Of a stretch of 64,000 nt of DNA, positions 21,536 through 32,052 are shown piece after piece; positions within the stretch are counted from its first letter, which is position 1, and each line of letters begins with the position of its first letter. The DNA is from Acidimicrobiales bacterium (GTDB lineage: Bacteria; Actinomycetota; Acidimicrobiia; Acidimicrobiales; Bog-793): assembly GCA_049510975.1 (NCBI GenBank), contig JBEKYM010000003.1, positions 32,967 to 96,966 of the forward strand, written 5' to 3'. The position numbers and the translations under genes are program-made. The notes below the pieces were generated by a model that was not told the DNA's origin, ran no database searches, and was given only the letters and a program-made list of their open reading frames with translations.

Positions 21536-23545
21536 CTACTCCTCGCCCGGCGCCTCGGCAGCTCGCGTCCGAAGCTCCTCCACCACCGCCGGGTCGGCGA
21601 GCGTCGTCGTGTCGCCGAGCGTGCGGCCCTCGGCGACGTCACGCAGCAGCCGGCGCATGATCTTGCCCGACCGGGTCTTCGGGAGGTCGTCGGTGAACAC
21701 GACGGTCCGTGGCCGGGCGATCGCCCCGATCTTGGCGGAGACGTGCTGCCGCAGCATCTCGCCGTGCTCGACGGTGGCCTCGATGCCGGCCCGCAGCGTG
21801 ACGAAGGCGATGATGCCTTGGCCCGTGACGTCGTCCTTCGCACCGACGACGGCGGCCTCGGCCACGCTCGGGTGGTCGACGAGGGCCGACTCCACCTCGG
21901 TCGTCGACACGCGGTGCCCGGAGACGTTCATGACGTCGTCGACGCGCCCGAGCAGCCACAGGTAGCCGTCGGCGTCGAGCTTGGCACCGTCGCCGGCGAA
22001 GTAGCGACCGGGGAAGCGGCTCCAGTACGTCGAGGCGTAGCGCTCCGGGTCCTTGTAGATGCCCCGCAGCATCGAGGGCCACGGGTCGGGCAGCGTCAAG
22101 TAGCCGCCGCCGCGGCTGATGGCGGCGCCGGACTCGTCCACGAGCTCAGCGGTGATCCCCGGCAGCGGAAACGTCGCCGAACCCGGCTTCAGCGTCGTGA
22201 CGCCAGGCAGGGGGGCGATCATGATGGCTCCCGTTTCGGTCTGCCACCACGTGTCCACGACCGGGCAGCGAGCTCCTCCGATGTGCTCGTAGTACCAGAT
22301 CCACGCCTCGGGGTTGATCGGCTCCCCCACGGATCCGAGGATGCGCAGGCTCGTGAGGTCGTGCGCCTCGGGCAGCTGGGCACCCCACTTCATGAACGTT
22401 CGGATGGCCGTCGGGGCGGTGTAGAGGATCGTCACGCCGTAACGCTCGATGATCGACCACCAGCGGTCGCGAGACGGGTGGTCGGGCGTCCCCTCGTAGA
22501 GCACGCTCGTGGCACCGTTGGCGAGCGGCCCGTAGACGATGTAGCTGTGGCCGGTCACCCAGCCGATGTCGGCGGCGCACCAGTAGACGTCGCGCTCGGG
22601 CACGTGGTCGAAGACGTACTTGTGGGTGTAGGCGACCTGAGTGAGGTAGCCGCCCGTCGTGTGCATGATTCCCTTCGGCTTGGCCGTCGTGCCGGAGGTG
22701 TAGAGGAGGAACAGCAGGTCCTCGGCGTCCATCGCCTCGGCCGGGCAATGGGGGTCCTGGCCGGCGACGACGTCGTGCCACCACAGGTCGCGCCCCTCGG
22801 TCATCGAGGTGTCGTCGGCGGCATCCCCGAGGCGGCGGACGACCAGGACGTGCTCGATCGAGGCTGCCCCGCCCTCGAGGGCGGCGTCGGCACTCGCCTT
22901 CAGGCGCACGGGCTGCCCCCGACGCCAGCCCCCGTCAGCCGTGATGAGCACACGGGCCTCGGCGTCCTCGATCCGGTCGCGGAGCGCATCGGCAGAGAAA
23001 CCCCCGAACACGACCGAATGCGCCGCCCCCACCCGGGCACACGCCAGCATGGCAACGGGCAGCTCCGGGATCATCGGCATGTAGATCGCAACCCGGTCGC
23101 CGCGCTCGACCCCGAGGCTCCGCAGCGCATTGGCGCAGCGGCCGACCTCGTCGAGGAGCTCGGAGTACGTGATCGTCCGCGTGTCACCCGGCTCGCCCTC
23201 GAAGTGGTAGGCGACCTTGTCACCGCGGCCGGCCTCGACGTGGCGGTCGAGGCAGTTGTAGGCGACGTTCAACTTGCCGCCGACGAACCATTTGGCGAAG
23301 GGGAGCTCCCACTCGAGCACCGTTTCCCAGGGCTCGAACCACGTCAGGGCTGCCGCCTGCTCCGCCCAGAACTGCTCGTGGTCGGCGCCGGCGGCATACA
23401 CCGCCGACGAGTTGACGAGCGCAGCCGCACGCACCGCCTCTCCGGGAGGGAATGTGCGCTCCTCGGCGAGGTAGTCCTCGATCGTCGCTCGGCCTGCGCC
23501 TTCCGGTGGAACGTCGTTCGCGGTGGCGCCATCGTTTGCCGTCAT
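21536..23545 (-). CDS. acs: Acetyl-CoA synthetase
   Basis: 669 aa. …FWAEQA…WFVGGKLNVAYNCLDRH…LLFLLYTSGTTAKPKGIMHTTGGYL…WWQTETG…PKTRSGKIMRRLLRD…. Confidence 0.96.
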   Translation of the reverse strand: MTANDGATANDVPPEGAGRATIEDYLAEERTFPPGEAVRAAALVNSSAVYAAGADHEQFWAEQAAALTWFEPWETVLEWELPFAKWFVGGKLNVAYNCLDRHVEAGRGDKVAYHFEGEPGDTRTITYSELLDEVGRCANALRSLGVERGDRVAIYMPMIPELPVAMLACARVGAAHSVVFGGFSADALRDRIEDAEARVLITADGGWRRGQPVRLKASADAALEGGAASIEHVLVVRRLGDAADDTSMTEGRDLWWHDVVAGQDPHCPAEAMDAEDLLFLLYTSGTTAKPKGIMHTTGGYLTQVAYTHKYVFDHVPERDVYWCAADIGWVTGHSYIVYGPLANGATSVLYEGTPDHPSRDRWWSIIERYGVTILYTAPTAIRTFMKWGAQLPEAHDLTSLRILGSVGEPINPEAWIWYYEHIGGARCPVVDTWWQTETGAIMIAPLPGVTTLKPGSATFPLPGITAELVDESGAAISRGGGYLTLPDPWPSMLRGIYKDPERYASTYWSRFPGRYFAGDGAKLDADGYLWLLGRVDDVMNVSGHRVSTTEVESALVDHPSVAEAAVVGAKDDVTGQGIIAFVTLRAGIEATVEHGEMLRQHVSAKIGAIARPRTVVFTDDLPKTRSGKIMRRLLRDVAEGRTLGDTTTLADPAVVEELRTRAAEAPGEE

Positions 23546-23590
23546 TCGCCAGACTTAGCCCGGCCGGCCCTCGGTGTCAATGCAGGCACG

Positions 23591-26500
23591 ATGGGGTGCC
23601 GTGGCAAGATGGACCTGATGGCGCCGCAAGATTGCACCCTGTCGTGCACGAGCGTCGCCGTACCCGCAGGCGGTCGGGTCGTGGTGGCGGGCGACCTCTT
23701 CCTCACGGCAACACCGACGCTCGCCTCGACATCGGCCTCCTGCGAGCTGGCGAGAGCGGTCGCCGAGATCACCGGACCGGGGGCCCTCGTGGTCGCCGGC
23801 AACCTCTTCGAATTCGCCGACCACCCGGACGAGGAGCTGGCCGGGTCGCTGCGCGCCCATGGCGAGCTGGCCGAGGTCCTCTCCGGCTGGATGCACAGCG
23901 GCGATCACCGCATCATCCTGCTGCCGGGCACCCGCGACCGGGCGATCTGCTACGACCCGCCGACGATGGCAGCCGTGGCCGCCTGGGGCGTGGAGGTGGC
24001 GATCTCGGCCGATCTCAACATCGAGACCAACGCCGGCGTCCGCCAGGTCCGGGTGGAGCCGGGTTGGCGCTACGACCCGCTCAATGCCTACGGCGACCCC
24101 ACCGACCCGCGCGACACACCGCTCGGACAACACGCCATCACCGAGCTGTTCCCCGCCTTCAAGGCGACGAAGTCCGGCTGGCTCGACGGCATCGACCGCC
24201 TGGCCGATCCCGCCGGCCTCCCGCGCTTTGTCACGTCCCGGCTGACCTACCGGCGCCTCGGGCGCTACGTCTGGTGGCTCCTCATCCCGATCGCCGTCGC
24301 CTTGCTCGCCCGCCTGCCCGAAGTGGCCCTCTTCGGCGAGCGGCTGCATGCCGTCGCCCACACCTTGCGCGACGTTGCCATCTCGCTCGCGCTCGAGCTC
24401 GTCGCCATCGCCGTCCTCCTCGGCGTCGTGAACCACCGGGTCTGGGCGGGCCCCGGGAGCGCCCTCCTCGGCACGCCGGGCGACCGCGCCAACGACTCAG
24501 CCCGCGACGCCGCCCGCCAGCTCGTGGCAGAGGGCTACGCCGGCCTCGTCACCGGGCACACGCTCCGGGCGGAGCTTGCCAGTGTGGGGAAGGGTTTCTT
24601 TGCGAATACAGGGGCCTGCGCCGAGCTCGTGGAGGAGCGCCGCGCCCTGCTCGGGATGCCGCCCGTGTTCGTGCGGGACGAGCAGATCTCCTTCGTCGAG
24701 ATCGAGGGCGGCGGCGACGGCGTGCAGGCGCGGTTGCGACTCTCCCGCCAGCAACGACCCGCCGGCAGCGTTCTCGAGCGCCTTGCCCTCGGGAGGCGCC
24801 GGGCGCCGCTCGAGCTCGCCGTCGTGGCCTCGTACCCGGCCGGCGAGAGCTGGCCGCCGATCAACGACCCGACCCGCCACCGCAAGCTCATCCGCCGCCT
24901 CGCCGCCACCGTCGTGCTCCTGAGCGGCATCCTCGACCTCGTCACAGCGCTCGTGCCCGTGCACGTGCGCGGCCGCCTGCACCCCTACCTCGGCTACATC
25001 CCCCTCGGCGCCAGTGAAGCTGCCGGTGCCCTCGACGCCCTCGCCGGCATCGCCCTCCTGCTGGTCGCCCGCGGGCTGCGGCGCGGGCAGCGCCTCGCCT
25101 GGTTCGTCGCCGTCACCATCGAGGCGCTCACCTCCATCCTGCATGTCGTGCGCGGCGGGCAGATCCTGCCCGCCCTCTTCGCTCTGGCTGTGCTGGCGGG
25201 GCTCGGGTGGGGGCGCGATTCGTTCCGCGCCCGCTACGACCCGCCGTCGATACGCGCCGGCGCCCTCACCCTCGTCGGCGGAGCAGTCGGCGTCACGCTC
25301 TTCACGACCATCGTGCTCTGGTTCGGCGTCGCCATCGACCGCAATCAGCTGCACCATCACAACGTGCAGTCGCTCCCGCTCGGCTCGGCCTTCCTCGCTG
25401 CCGCCGGCGGCCTCGTCGGTCTCAGCCCCGTGAACCTGCCCGACGCCGTCGGTGACTTCCTCAGCCCGGCCCTGCTGGCCGTCGGGCTCGGTCTGGCGGC
25501 TGTCGCCCTCCTGCTCGTCTTCCGGCCCGTCGTCGACCGGCGGCTGGCGCGCCGGCCCGCCAGCAGCACCGACACGATCGGGCTGAGTCCTGCCCCAGCC
25601 CTTCCCGAGATCGGGGCCAACGGCGCCGGCGACGCTGCCGCTTCGGCCGCTGCCGAGGCGGAGGCGGAGGCAGAGGCGGAGGCCGTGGCCGACTTCGAGC
25701 GAGCCCGCGACGTCGTCGCCCGGAGAGGCAGCGGCACGCTCGACTACTTCGCCCTGCGCAGCGACAAACAGCACTTCTTCGACCGCGACAGCGTCATCGC
25801 CTACGCCATCCGGTCCGGGGTCTGCCTCGTGTCGCCCGACCCGATCGGGCCGCCGGAGGAGCGGGAGCGGCTGTGGGCGGGTTTCCGGCGCTTTACCGAC
25901 GAGCACGGGTGGGCCATCGCCATCCTCGCTGCCGGCAAGGACTGGCTGCCGATCTACCGCCAGTCCGGCATGCGGGACCTCTACATCGGCGACGAGGGCG
26001 TCGTCGACGTCCGCACGCTCTCGCTGCAGGGCGGGACGAAGAAGGGCCTCCGCCAGGCGGTCAACCGCATCGCCAAGTACGGCTACTCACTGTCCTTCCA
26101 CGACCCGGCCGACTGCGACGCCGCCCTTGCCGAGGCGCTCCGGTCGGTCATGACACAGAGCCGGCGGGGCGGGGTCGAGCGGGGTTTCTCGATGACGCTC
26201 GGCCGCATCTTCGATCCCCACGACGAGGGACTCCTGCTCGCAGTTGCCTCCGATCCCGCCGGCCGCCCGGTGGCCTTCTGCCAGTTCGTGCCGGCGCCGG
26301 GCATCGGCGGCTACTCGCTCGACCTCATGCGCCGCGACAACGGCGAGCACCCGAACGGTCTGTTCGACTTCATCCTCGTGCGCACGATGGAGCATCTGCG
26401 CGAGGCCGGCTACTCCCGCCTCGGCCTCAACTTCGCCATGATGCGTGCCGTTCTCGCCGGCGAGGCGGGCACGAAGGTCGAGCGATGGGTGCTGCGGCGC

Positions 26501-26746
26501 ATGTCGGATTCCATGCAGATCGAGTCATTGTGGCGCTTCAATGCCAAGTTCGACCCGGAATGGCTGCCGCGCTTCGTGGTGTGGGACTCCGCCGAGCAGT
26601 CGCTGGCCGCTGCGCTTGCGATCGCGCGGGCGGAGAGTTTCTGGGAGCTGCCCATCATCGGGCGCTTCCTCGTCCCGAGTGCCGGCGTGGCAGGGCCGAG
26701 CGAGCCGGCAGCTTCCGAGCCGAGCGAGGCGACGCCGGCGCGCTGA
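23591..26746 (+). CDS. Multidomain membrane protein: degenerate metallophosphoesterase-like N-terminus, polytopic region, C-terminal DUF2156 (aminoacyl-phosphatidylglycerol synthase/MprF C-terminal-type) domain
   Basis: This is the C-terminal 1051 codons of track ORF 21743..26746 (the upstream part is antisense to acs). First ATG after acs is 23591. The C-terminus …TLDYFALRSDKQHFF…AYAIRSGVCLVSPDPIGP…GWAIAILAAGKDWLPIY…GGYSLDLMRRD…ESLWRFNAKFDPEWLPRFVV… matches the DUF2156 pattern as recalled. Confidence 0.7.
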   Translation: MGCRGKMDLMAPQDCTLSCTSVAVPAGGRVVVAGDLFLTATPTLASTSASCELARAVAEITGPGALVVAGNLFEFADHPDEELAGSLRAHGELAEVLSGWMHSGDHRIILLPGTRDRAICYDPPTMAAVAAWGVEVAISADLNIETNAGVRQVRVEPGWRYDPLNAYGDPTDPRDTPLGQHAITELFPAFKATKSGWLDGIDRLADPAGLPRFVTSRLTYRRLGRYVWWLLIPIAVALLARLPEVALFGERLHAVAHTLRDVAISLALELVAIAVLLGVVNHRVWAGPGSALLGTPGDRANDSARDAARQLVAEGYAGLVTGHTLRAELASVGKGFFANTGACAELVEERRALLGMPPVFVRDEQISFVEIEGGGDGVQARLRLSRQQRPAGSVLERLALGRRRAPLELAVVASYPAGESWPPINDPTRHRKLIRRLAATVVLLSGILDLVTALVPVHVRGRLHPYLGYIPLGASEAAGALDALAGIALLLVARGLRRGQRLAWFVAVTIEALTSILHVVRGGQILPALFALAVLAGLGWGRDSFRARYDPPSIRAGALTLVGGAVGVTLFTTIVLWFGVAIDRNQLHHHNVQSLPLGSAFLAAAGGLVGLSPVNLPDAVGDFLSPALLAVGLGLAAVALLLVFRPVVDRRLARRPASSTDTIGLSPAPALPEIGANGAGDAAASAAAEAEAEAEAEAVADFERARDVVARRGSGTLDYFALRSDKQHFFDRDSVIAYAIRSGVCLVSPDPIGPPEERERLWAGFRRFTDEHGWAIAILAAGKDWLPIYRQSGMRDLYIGDEGVVDVRTLSLQGGTKKGLRQAVNRIAKYGYSLSFHDPADCDAALAEALRSVMTQSRRGGVERGFSMTLGRIFDPHDEGLLLAVASDPAGRPVAFCQFVPAPGIGGYSLDLMRRDNGEHPNGLFDFILVRTMEHLREAGYSRLGLNFAMMRAVLAGEAGTKVERWVLRRMSDSMQIESLWRFNAKFDPEWLPRFVVWDSAEQSLAAALAIARAESFWELPIIGRFLVPSAGVAGPSEPAASEPSEATPAR

Positions 26747-26803
26747 TCCCACGGACGCCGGCTGCGCAGCCGCCGCCCCGGCGGCCGCCGCCCGCCGGCG
26801 GGA

Positions 26804-28483
26804 TCAGAACAGCAGCCGGGCTGCGTGCACGAAGGAGAAGAGGGGACCGGGCCAGATTCCGAGCACGACCGTGAAGGCGACCGTGACGAACAGGCCGATC
26901 TGAGTCGTCGCCGGGATCTCGAGCGACCGGTCGCCCACGAGGCTGGCGTCCTCCACCTCGGCCACCTCGGCAGTCTGACCCAGCCCGCCGGTGACAGAAG
27001 TCTCGCCGGCGGCCGTGCCCCCAGCCGAGGCGAGGGCCAGCGCCGGTGCCGGTGCCGGCGCAACGAGCTCAGGTCCGGCGGCGGTCTCCGGCGTCGCCCC
27101 GCCGCCGGCGGTCGCCGGCGCCAGACCGGCGCGGGGGCCGGTGCCGTACATGAGGAAGACGACGCGCAGGTAGAAGGCCGCCGCGATGGCGCCGGAGAGC
27201 ATGGCGATGACCGCCAGCGCATAGGAGTGCGCCTGCACGGCAGCCTCGACGACGTACAGCTTGGCGAGGAAACCGGTCGTGAAGGGGGCTCCCGCCTGGG
27301 CGAGCAGCAAGACGGCGAAGCACAGCGCCAGAACGGGCTGGCGCCGGCCGAGGCCGCGGTACCCCTCGATCTCGTGCGCACGGTCGCCGCGGGCGCCGAG
27401 GAGGGCGATGACCGTGAAGCTGCCGAGCACGAGGAAGGCGTACACGAAGATGTAGTACAGGCTGGCGGCGATGCCGGCGGTGATGCCCGCTTGCAGGCCG
27501 AGCAGCACGAAGCCGGCGTGGTTGATCGACGAGTACGCCAGCATCCGCTTGATGTCGCGCTGTACGAGACCGAGGACGGCGCCGGTGAGCAGCGTGAGGA
27601 TGGCGACGACGAACAGGATCGGCTTCCAGTCGATGGAAAGGGTCTGGAAGGAGGAGAAGAACACCCTGAGCAAGGCGGCGAAGCCACCGACCTTGGCGAT
27701 GGCCGCCATGAACCCGGTGGCCGGCGTCGGTGCCCCCTGGTAGACGTCGGGCGTCCACATGTGGAACGGCACGGCGGCGATCTTGAAGCCGAAGCCGACG
27801 AGCAGCAGCGCCAGGCCGGCCAGCAGCAGGCCGTTGGACGTGAGGACGTTGTTGCCGAGGTAGGAGGCGATCTGGGCGAGGTTGGTCGACCCGGTGGCAC
27901 CGTAGGTGAGGGCGATGCCGTAGACGAAGATGGCCGACGAGAACGCCCCCAGCACGAAGTACTTCATGGCGGCCTCGCCCGACTCCGAGCGCCGCTGGTC
28001 GAAGCCGGCGAGGATGTAGAGCGGGATGGACATCACCTCGAGGCCGAGGAAGATGACGATGAGGTCGTTGGCGGCCGCCATGAACATGGCGCCGGACGCT
28101 GCCAGCAGGGCGAGGGCGTAGTACTCCGGACCGGTGATCCCCTCGGAACGCAGGTAGCCGTCGGCCACGAGGGCGGCCACGATGAGGATGCACGACGCCA
28201 GGATCACAAAGGCCGTCGAGAAGCCGTCGATGGCGAGCGACTTCGCCACGGCCACGAAGGGCCCGTGCAGCTGGACGATGTGCCAGAGCACGAGCGAGCT
28301 GACGAGGGCGGCCGTCGAGATGGCGACCGTCAGGGCGGTGTAGAGCACCGTCGGGAGCTGGCGGACCGAGAGCGCCCCGGCCAGGAGCAGTGCGAGGGCT
28401 CCGCCGATGCAGATCAGCTCCGGCATGATCGCCGTGTAGTCGATGTGGGGCGTCACGATGGGCGTGACCGCGAGCAGGTTCAT
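26804..28483 (-). CDS. nuoN: NADH-quinone oxidoreductase subunit N
   Basis: 559 aa polytopic antiporter-like subunit and the last gene of the nuo array. 4-nt overlap with nuoM. Contains an ~80-aa low-complexity insert before the last TM. Confidence 0.9.
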   Translation of the reverse strand: MNLLAVTPIVTPHIDYTAIMPELICIGGALALLLAGALSVRQLPTVLYTALTVAISTAALVSSLVLWHIVQLHGPFVAVAKSLAIDGFSTAFVILASCILIVAALVADGYLRSEGITGPEYYALALLAASGAMFMAAANDLIVIFLGLEVMSIPLYILAGFDQRRSESGEAAMKYFVLGAFSSAIFVYGIALTYGATGSTNLAQIASYLGNNVLTSNGLLLAGLALLLVGFGFKIAAVPFHMWTPDVYQGAPTPATGFMAAIAKVGGFAALLRVFFSSFQTLSIDWKPILFVVAILTLLTGAVLGLVQRDIKRMLAYSSINHAGFVLLGLQAGITAGIAASLYYIFVYAFLVLGSFTVIALLGARGDRAHEIEGYRGLGRRQPVLALCFAVLLLAQAGAPFTTGFLAKLYVVEAAVQAHSYALAVIAMLSGAIAAAFYLRVVFLMYGTGPRAGLAPATAGGGATPETAAGPELVAPAPAPALALASAGGTAAGETSVTGGLGQTAEVAEVEDASLVGDRSLEIPATTQIGLFVTVAFTVVLGIWPGPLFSFVHAARLLF

Positions 28484-30159
28484 CGTGTGCCTCCACGGCC
28501 GCCGGCGGTGTTGACGCCGATCACGGGTCCGGCCGCCGGGACGTCTGCGGTCGCCAGCGCCACGTCGGCGCCGGCACGAGCCTCACCCGTTCCCACCCGC
28601 GCCCTCGTCAGGCTCACCGTGGCGGCTGGCTGGCCGGCCGGCGGGACGCGAGCGTGGCCGACCTGCTCGACGTGCTGGACGAGCAGGTCCACCGACGGGG
28701 TGATGCGTGACAGCAGCGGCCCGGGGAACACCCCGATGAGGACGATCACGGCGATGAGCGGCGCCATGTAGGCGCTCTCCTTCCAGGTGATCTCCTTGAA
28801 GCCTTCCTCGGCGGCGGTCGGTTTCCCGTGGAAGACCTGCTGATAGGCCCACAGCAGGTAGATGGCGGCGATGACGACTCCGCCGGTCGCAACGACCGCC
28901 CACCACCGGTGCGTGAGGAACGTGCCCGAGAGGATGAGGAACTCGCCGACGAACCCGTTCAGGCCCGGCACGCCGATGGAGGCGAGCATGACGATCGTGA
29001 ACATGCCGGCGAGCACGGGCGCTTTCGATTGCAGGCCGGAGAGATCCCGCGTCGAGAAACTGCCCGATCGCCGGTAGATGAGCGCGATCAACAAGAACAG
29101 CGCCGCCGTGTAGACGCCGTGGTTGACCATCTGCAAGACGGCTCCCGACAGCGCCGGCCCGGTCAGGGCGAAGGCTCCCACGACGATGAAGCCGATGTGG
29201 GCGAGCGACGAGTAGGCGACGAGCCGCTTCAAGTCCCGCTGCACGGCCGCCACGATCCCGCCGTAGATGATCCCGATGACGCCGAGGGTCAACAGCAACG
29301 GGGCGAGGGTGACGACCGCCTTCGGGAACAGCTCGAGGTCGAAGCGCACGATCCCGTACGTGCCGAGTTTCGCCATCACGCCGGCGAGGATGACGGTGCC
29401 GGCGACCGGCGACTCCCGGTAGGCGTCCGGCGACCAGGTGTGGAACGGGAAGATCGGCGCCTTCACGGCAAAGGCGGCCGTGAAGGCGAGAAACAGCAAG
29501 ACGCCGGCCGTCGGCGACAGATGCGTCGAGGCGAGCGCCCGCACGTCGAAGGTCGTGACGCCCGTCTGGTCGGCGTGGATGGCGACGAGAGCGAGGATGC
29601 CCACGAGCAGGAAGGCGGAGGCGCCGAGGGTGTAGAGGAAGAACTTCGTCGCCGCGTACCCGCGGCGCTCGTGGCCGAAGGCGGCCACGATGAAGTAGAC
29701 GGGTACGAGGGTGAGCTCGAAGAAGAGGAAGAAGATGAGGAGGTCGAGGGAGAGGAAGCTCCCGAGGCAGCCGGCCTCGAGGAGGAGGAGCCAGGCGACG
29801 AAGGTGGTGTCGTTTCGCCGCTCGCCGGCGCCGGCGAGTGCGATCGGGAAGAGCACGGTCGTCATGAGCACGAGGAACAGCGAGATGCCGTCGACCCCGA
29901 GGGTCCAGCGGATCCCGAGCGACGAGATCCAGGCGTGGCTGGAGACGAGCTGGAAGCCACCCGAGCCGCTCGTGAATTTCACGAGCACGGCGATCGAGAT
30001 GCCGAGGGTGACGAGGACGCCGGCCCAACCGACGGCCTGCACGACTCGCCGCTCGGCCGCAGGGTTGTCGGGCGTGACGAGCGACGTGATGATCGGCAGC
30101 ACGACCGCCGCCACTGCGGGGACGAGCACGAGGACCGTGAGGTAGGGAAACGAGCTCAT
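28480..30159 (-). CDS. nuoM: NADH-quinone oxidoreductase subunit M
   Basis: 559 aa. …FFLFFELTLVPVYFIV…PFHTWSPDAY…AYSSLAHIGF… Overlaps the nuoL stop. Confidence 0.92.
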   Translation of the reverse strand: MSSFPYLTVLVLVPAVAAVVLPIITSLVTPDNPAAERRVVQAVGWAGVLVTLGISIAVLVKFTSGSGGFQLVSSHAWISSLGIRWTLGVDGISLFLVLMTTVLFPIALAGAGERRNDTTFVAWLLLLEAGCLGSFLSLDLLIFFLFFELTLVPVYFIVAAFGHERRGYAATKFFLYTLGASAFLLVGILALVAIHADQTGVTTFDVRALASTHLSPTAGVLLFLAFTAAFAVKAPIFPFHTWSPDAYRESPVAGTVILAGVMAKLGTYGIVRFDLELFPKAVVTLAPLLLTLGVIGIIYGGIVAAVQRDLKRLVAYSSLAHIGFIVVGAFALTGPALSGAVLQMVNHGVYTAALFLLIALIYRRSGSFSTRDLSGLQSKAPVLAGMFTIVMLASIGVPGLNGFVGEFLILSGTFLTHRWWAVVATGGVVIAAIYLLWAYQQVFHGKPTAAEEGFKEITWKESAYMAPLIAVIVLIGVFPGPLLSRITPSVDLLVQHVEQVGHARVPPAGQPAATVSLTRARVGTGEARAGADVALATADVPAAGPVIGVNTAGGRGGTR

Positions 30160-32045
30160 GAGGCGGCTCGGGCGACGACGTAGGCGAGGACGAGCACGAG
30201 CCCGCCCATGAGCCCGAGGGCGTAGTTGCGGACGTAACCGGTCTGCAGCCGGCGCAGGCGCCGGCCCGACGCCGCCATGAGGCCGGCGAAACCGTTCACG
30301 GCACCGTCGATGACCTTCGTCTCGACGTCGTCGGAGGTCACCTGTGCGAGCTCGGTCGAGCCGCGGGCAAGGACATGGTCGTAGGCCCAGTCGATGTACC
30401 AGGCGCGTTGCAGGAAGGCCGGTTCGAGCTCGGGGCGCTCGGCCGTCCGGCCCCAGGCCCCGAAGGCGACGGCGACGCCGAGGCCGGCCAGCACGGCATC
30501 ACCGAGAGCGAAGGCCCACTCGGTCCCGGTCGAGAAGTGCAGCTGCAACAGCTCGGAGCCGACGACCGGGTTGAGCCACCGCGCCAGGTAGTCGAGCGGG
30601 TGCACCGGCAGGTTGATGATGCCGGCGATGACGGAGGCGGCCGCCAGCACGACGAGCGGCAGCCTCATGACCCAGACCGGATCGTGCGGGTGAAGGTCGT
30701 CCCCGGTCGGGCGAGCTTCCGTCCAGCGCTGCTTGCCGGAGAACGTCAGCAGGTAGCAGCGCCCGAGGTAATAGGCCGTGAGCACAGCGGTGAGGGCGGC
30801 GACGGCGTAGAGGACCGGGCTGAACGCGTAGGCGTTCTCGAGGACGTCGCCTTTCGAGAAGAAACCCGAGAACGGCGGCACACCACCGATCGACAACCAC
30901 CCGATGAGGAAGGTGATCGACGTGACCGGCATGAGCTTTGCGAGGGCGCCGAAGCGTTTCGTGTCCTGGTCGTCGTCCATGGCGTGAATGACCGAGCCGG
31001 CGCCGAGAAAGAGCAGCGCCTTGTAGAAGGCGTGCGTGAGCATGAGGAAGATGGCGGCCACGTACGCGCCCACCCCGGCGGCGAGGAACATGTAGCCGAG
31101 CTGGCTGATCGTCGAGTACGCCAGGATCTTCTTGATGTCGTTCTGGGCACACGCGATGGTGGCGCCGAGGAAGGCGGTGGCCGCCCCGACGATGGCGACG
31201 ACGTGGGCGGCGTCGGGGGCGGCGTGCAGGATGGGGGCGATCCTGCACATGAGGTAGACGCCCGCCGTCACCATCGTGGCGGCGTGGATGAGGGCCGAAA
31301 CCGGTGTCGGGCCCTCCATGGCGTCGGCCAGCCACGGGTAGAGCGGGAGCTGGGCGGACTTGCCGGCGGCGCCGAGGAACAGCAACAGGGCGATGGCGGT
31401 GAGCGACGTCGTGCCGACACCCCCGAGATGGGAGAACACGATCCCGTACTGCAGGCTGCCGGTGCGCTCGTAGATGAGGAACATCGCCAGCAGGAAGCCG
31501 GCGTCGCCGATGCGGTTGAAGATCATCGCCTTCTTGCCGGCGCTGGCGGCGCTCGGGCGGTCGAACCAGAAGGCGATGAGGAAGTACGAGCAGACGCCGA
31601 CACCCTCCCAGCCGAGGAAGCTCAGGAGGAAGTTCCCCGCCAGCACGAGGATGAGCATCGAGGACACGAACAGGTTCAGGTAGAGGAAGAATTTGGAGAA
31701 GTGCTCGTCGTGGCTCATGTAGCCGATCGAGTACAGGTGGATGAGCGTGCTCACGCCCGTCACGAAGAGCGCCATCGTCATCGAGAGGGGGTCGATGAGC
31801 AGGCCCGCCGTCACGTGCAGGCGGTCCACCGAAATCCACGAGTACCAGGTCTGGGTGTACGAGCGGGTGGCGGCGCTGCGCCCGAGGAGCCCGGCGAACA
31901 CGACGAGTGTGGTGACGAAGGAGGCCAGCACCATGCTCGTCGCCAGCCAGCCGGCGCGCGGGTTCCCGAGCTTGCGCCCGGCGGCGACCAGGACAAGAAA
32001 CCCGACGAACGGGAAGAGCGGGATCAGGAACGCAGCCTTCAGCAC
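30156..32045 (-). CDS. nuoL: NADH-quinone oxidoreductase subunit L
   Basis: 629 aa. …GWEGVGVCSYFLIAFW…GKSAQLPLYPWLADAMEGPTPVSALIHAATMVTAGVYL…. Confidence 0.94.
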   Translation of the reverse strand: MLKAAFLIPLFPFVGFLVLVAAGRKLGNPRAGWLATSMVLASFVTTLVVFAGLLGRSAATRSYTQTWYSWISVDRLHVTAGLLIDPLSMTMALFVTGVSTLIHLYSIGYMSHDEHFSKFFLYLNLFVSSMLILVLAGNFLLSFLGWEGVGVCSYFLIAFWFDRPSAASAGKKAMIFNRIGDAGFLLAMFLIYERTGSLQYGIVFSHLGGVGTTSLTAIALLLFLGAAGKSAQLPLYPWLADAMEGPTPVSALIHAATMVTAGVYLMCRIAPILHAAPDAAHVVAIVGAATAFLGATIACAQNDIKKILAYSTISQLGYMFLAAGVGAYVAAIFLMLTHAFYKALLFLGAGSVIHAMDDDQDTKRFGALAKLMPVTSITFLIGWLSIGGVPPFSGFFSKGDVLENAYAFSPVLYAVAALTAVLTAYYLGRCYLLTFSGKQRWTEARPTGDDLHPHDPVWVMRLPLVVLAAASVIAGIINLPVHPLDYLARWLNPVVGSELLQLHFSTGTEWAFALGDAVLAGLGVAVAFGAWGRTAERPELEPAFLQRAWYIDWAYDHVLARGSTELAQVTSDDVETKVIDGAVNGFAGLMAASGRRLRRLQTGYVRNYALGLMGGLVLVLAYVVARAAS

Positions 32046-32052
32046 GTGGCGA

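Noticed and set aside
21743-23590. N-terminal 616 codons of the 1667-aa plus-strand ORF
   Set aside because: This portion is antisense to acs. Only the part after ATG 23591 has protein-like features, so the gene was trimmed there.
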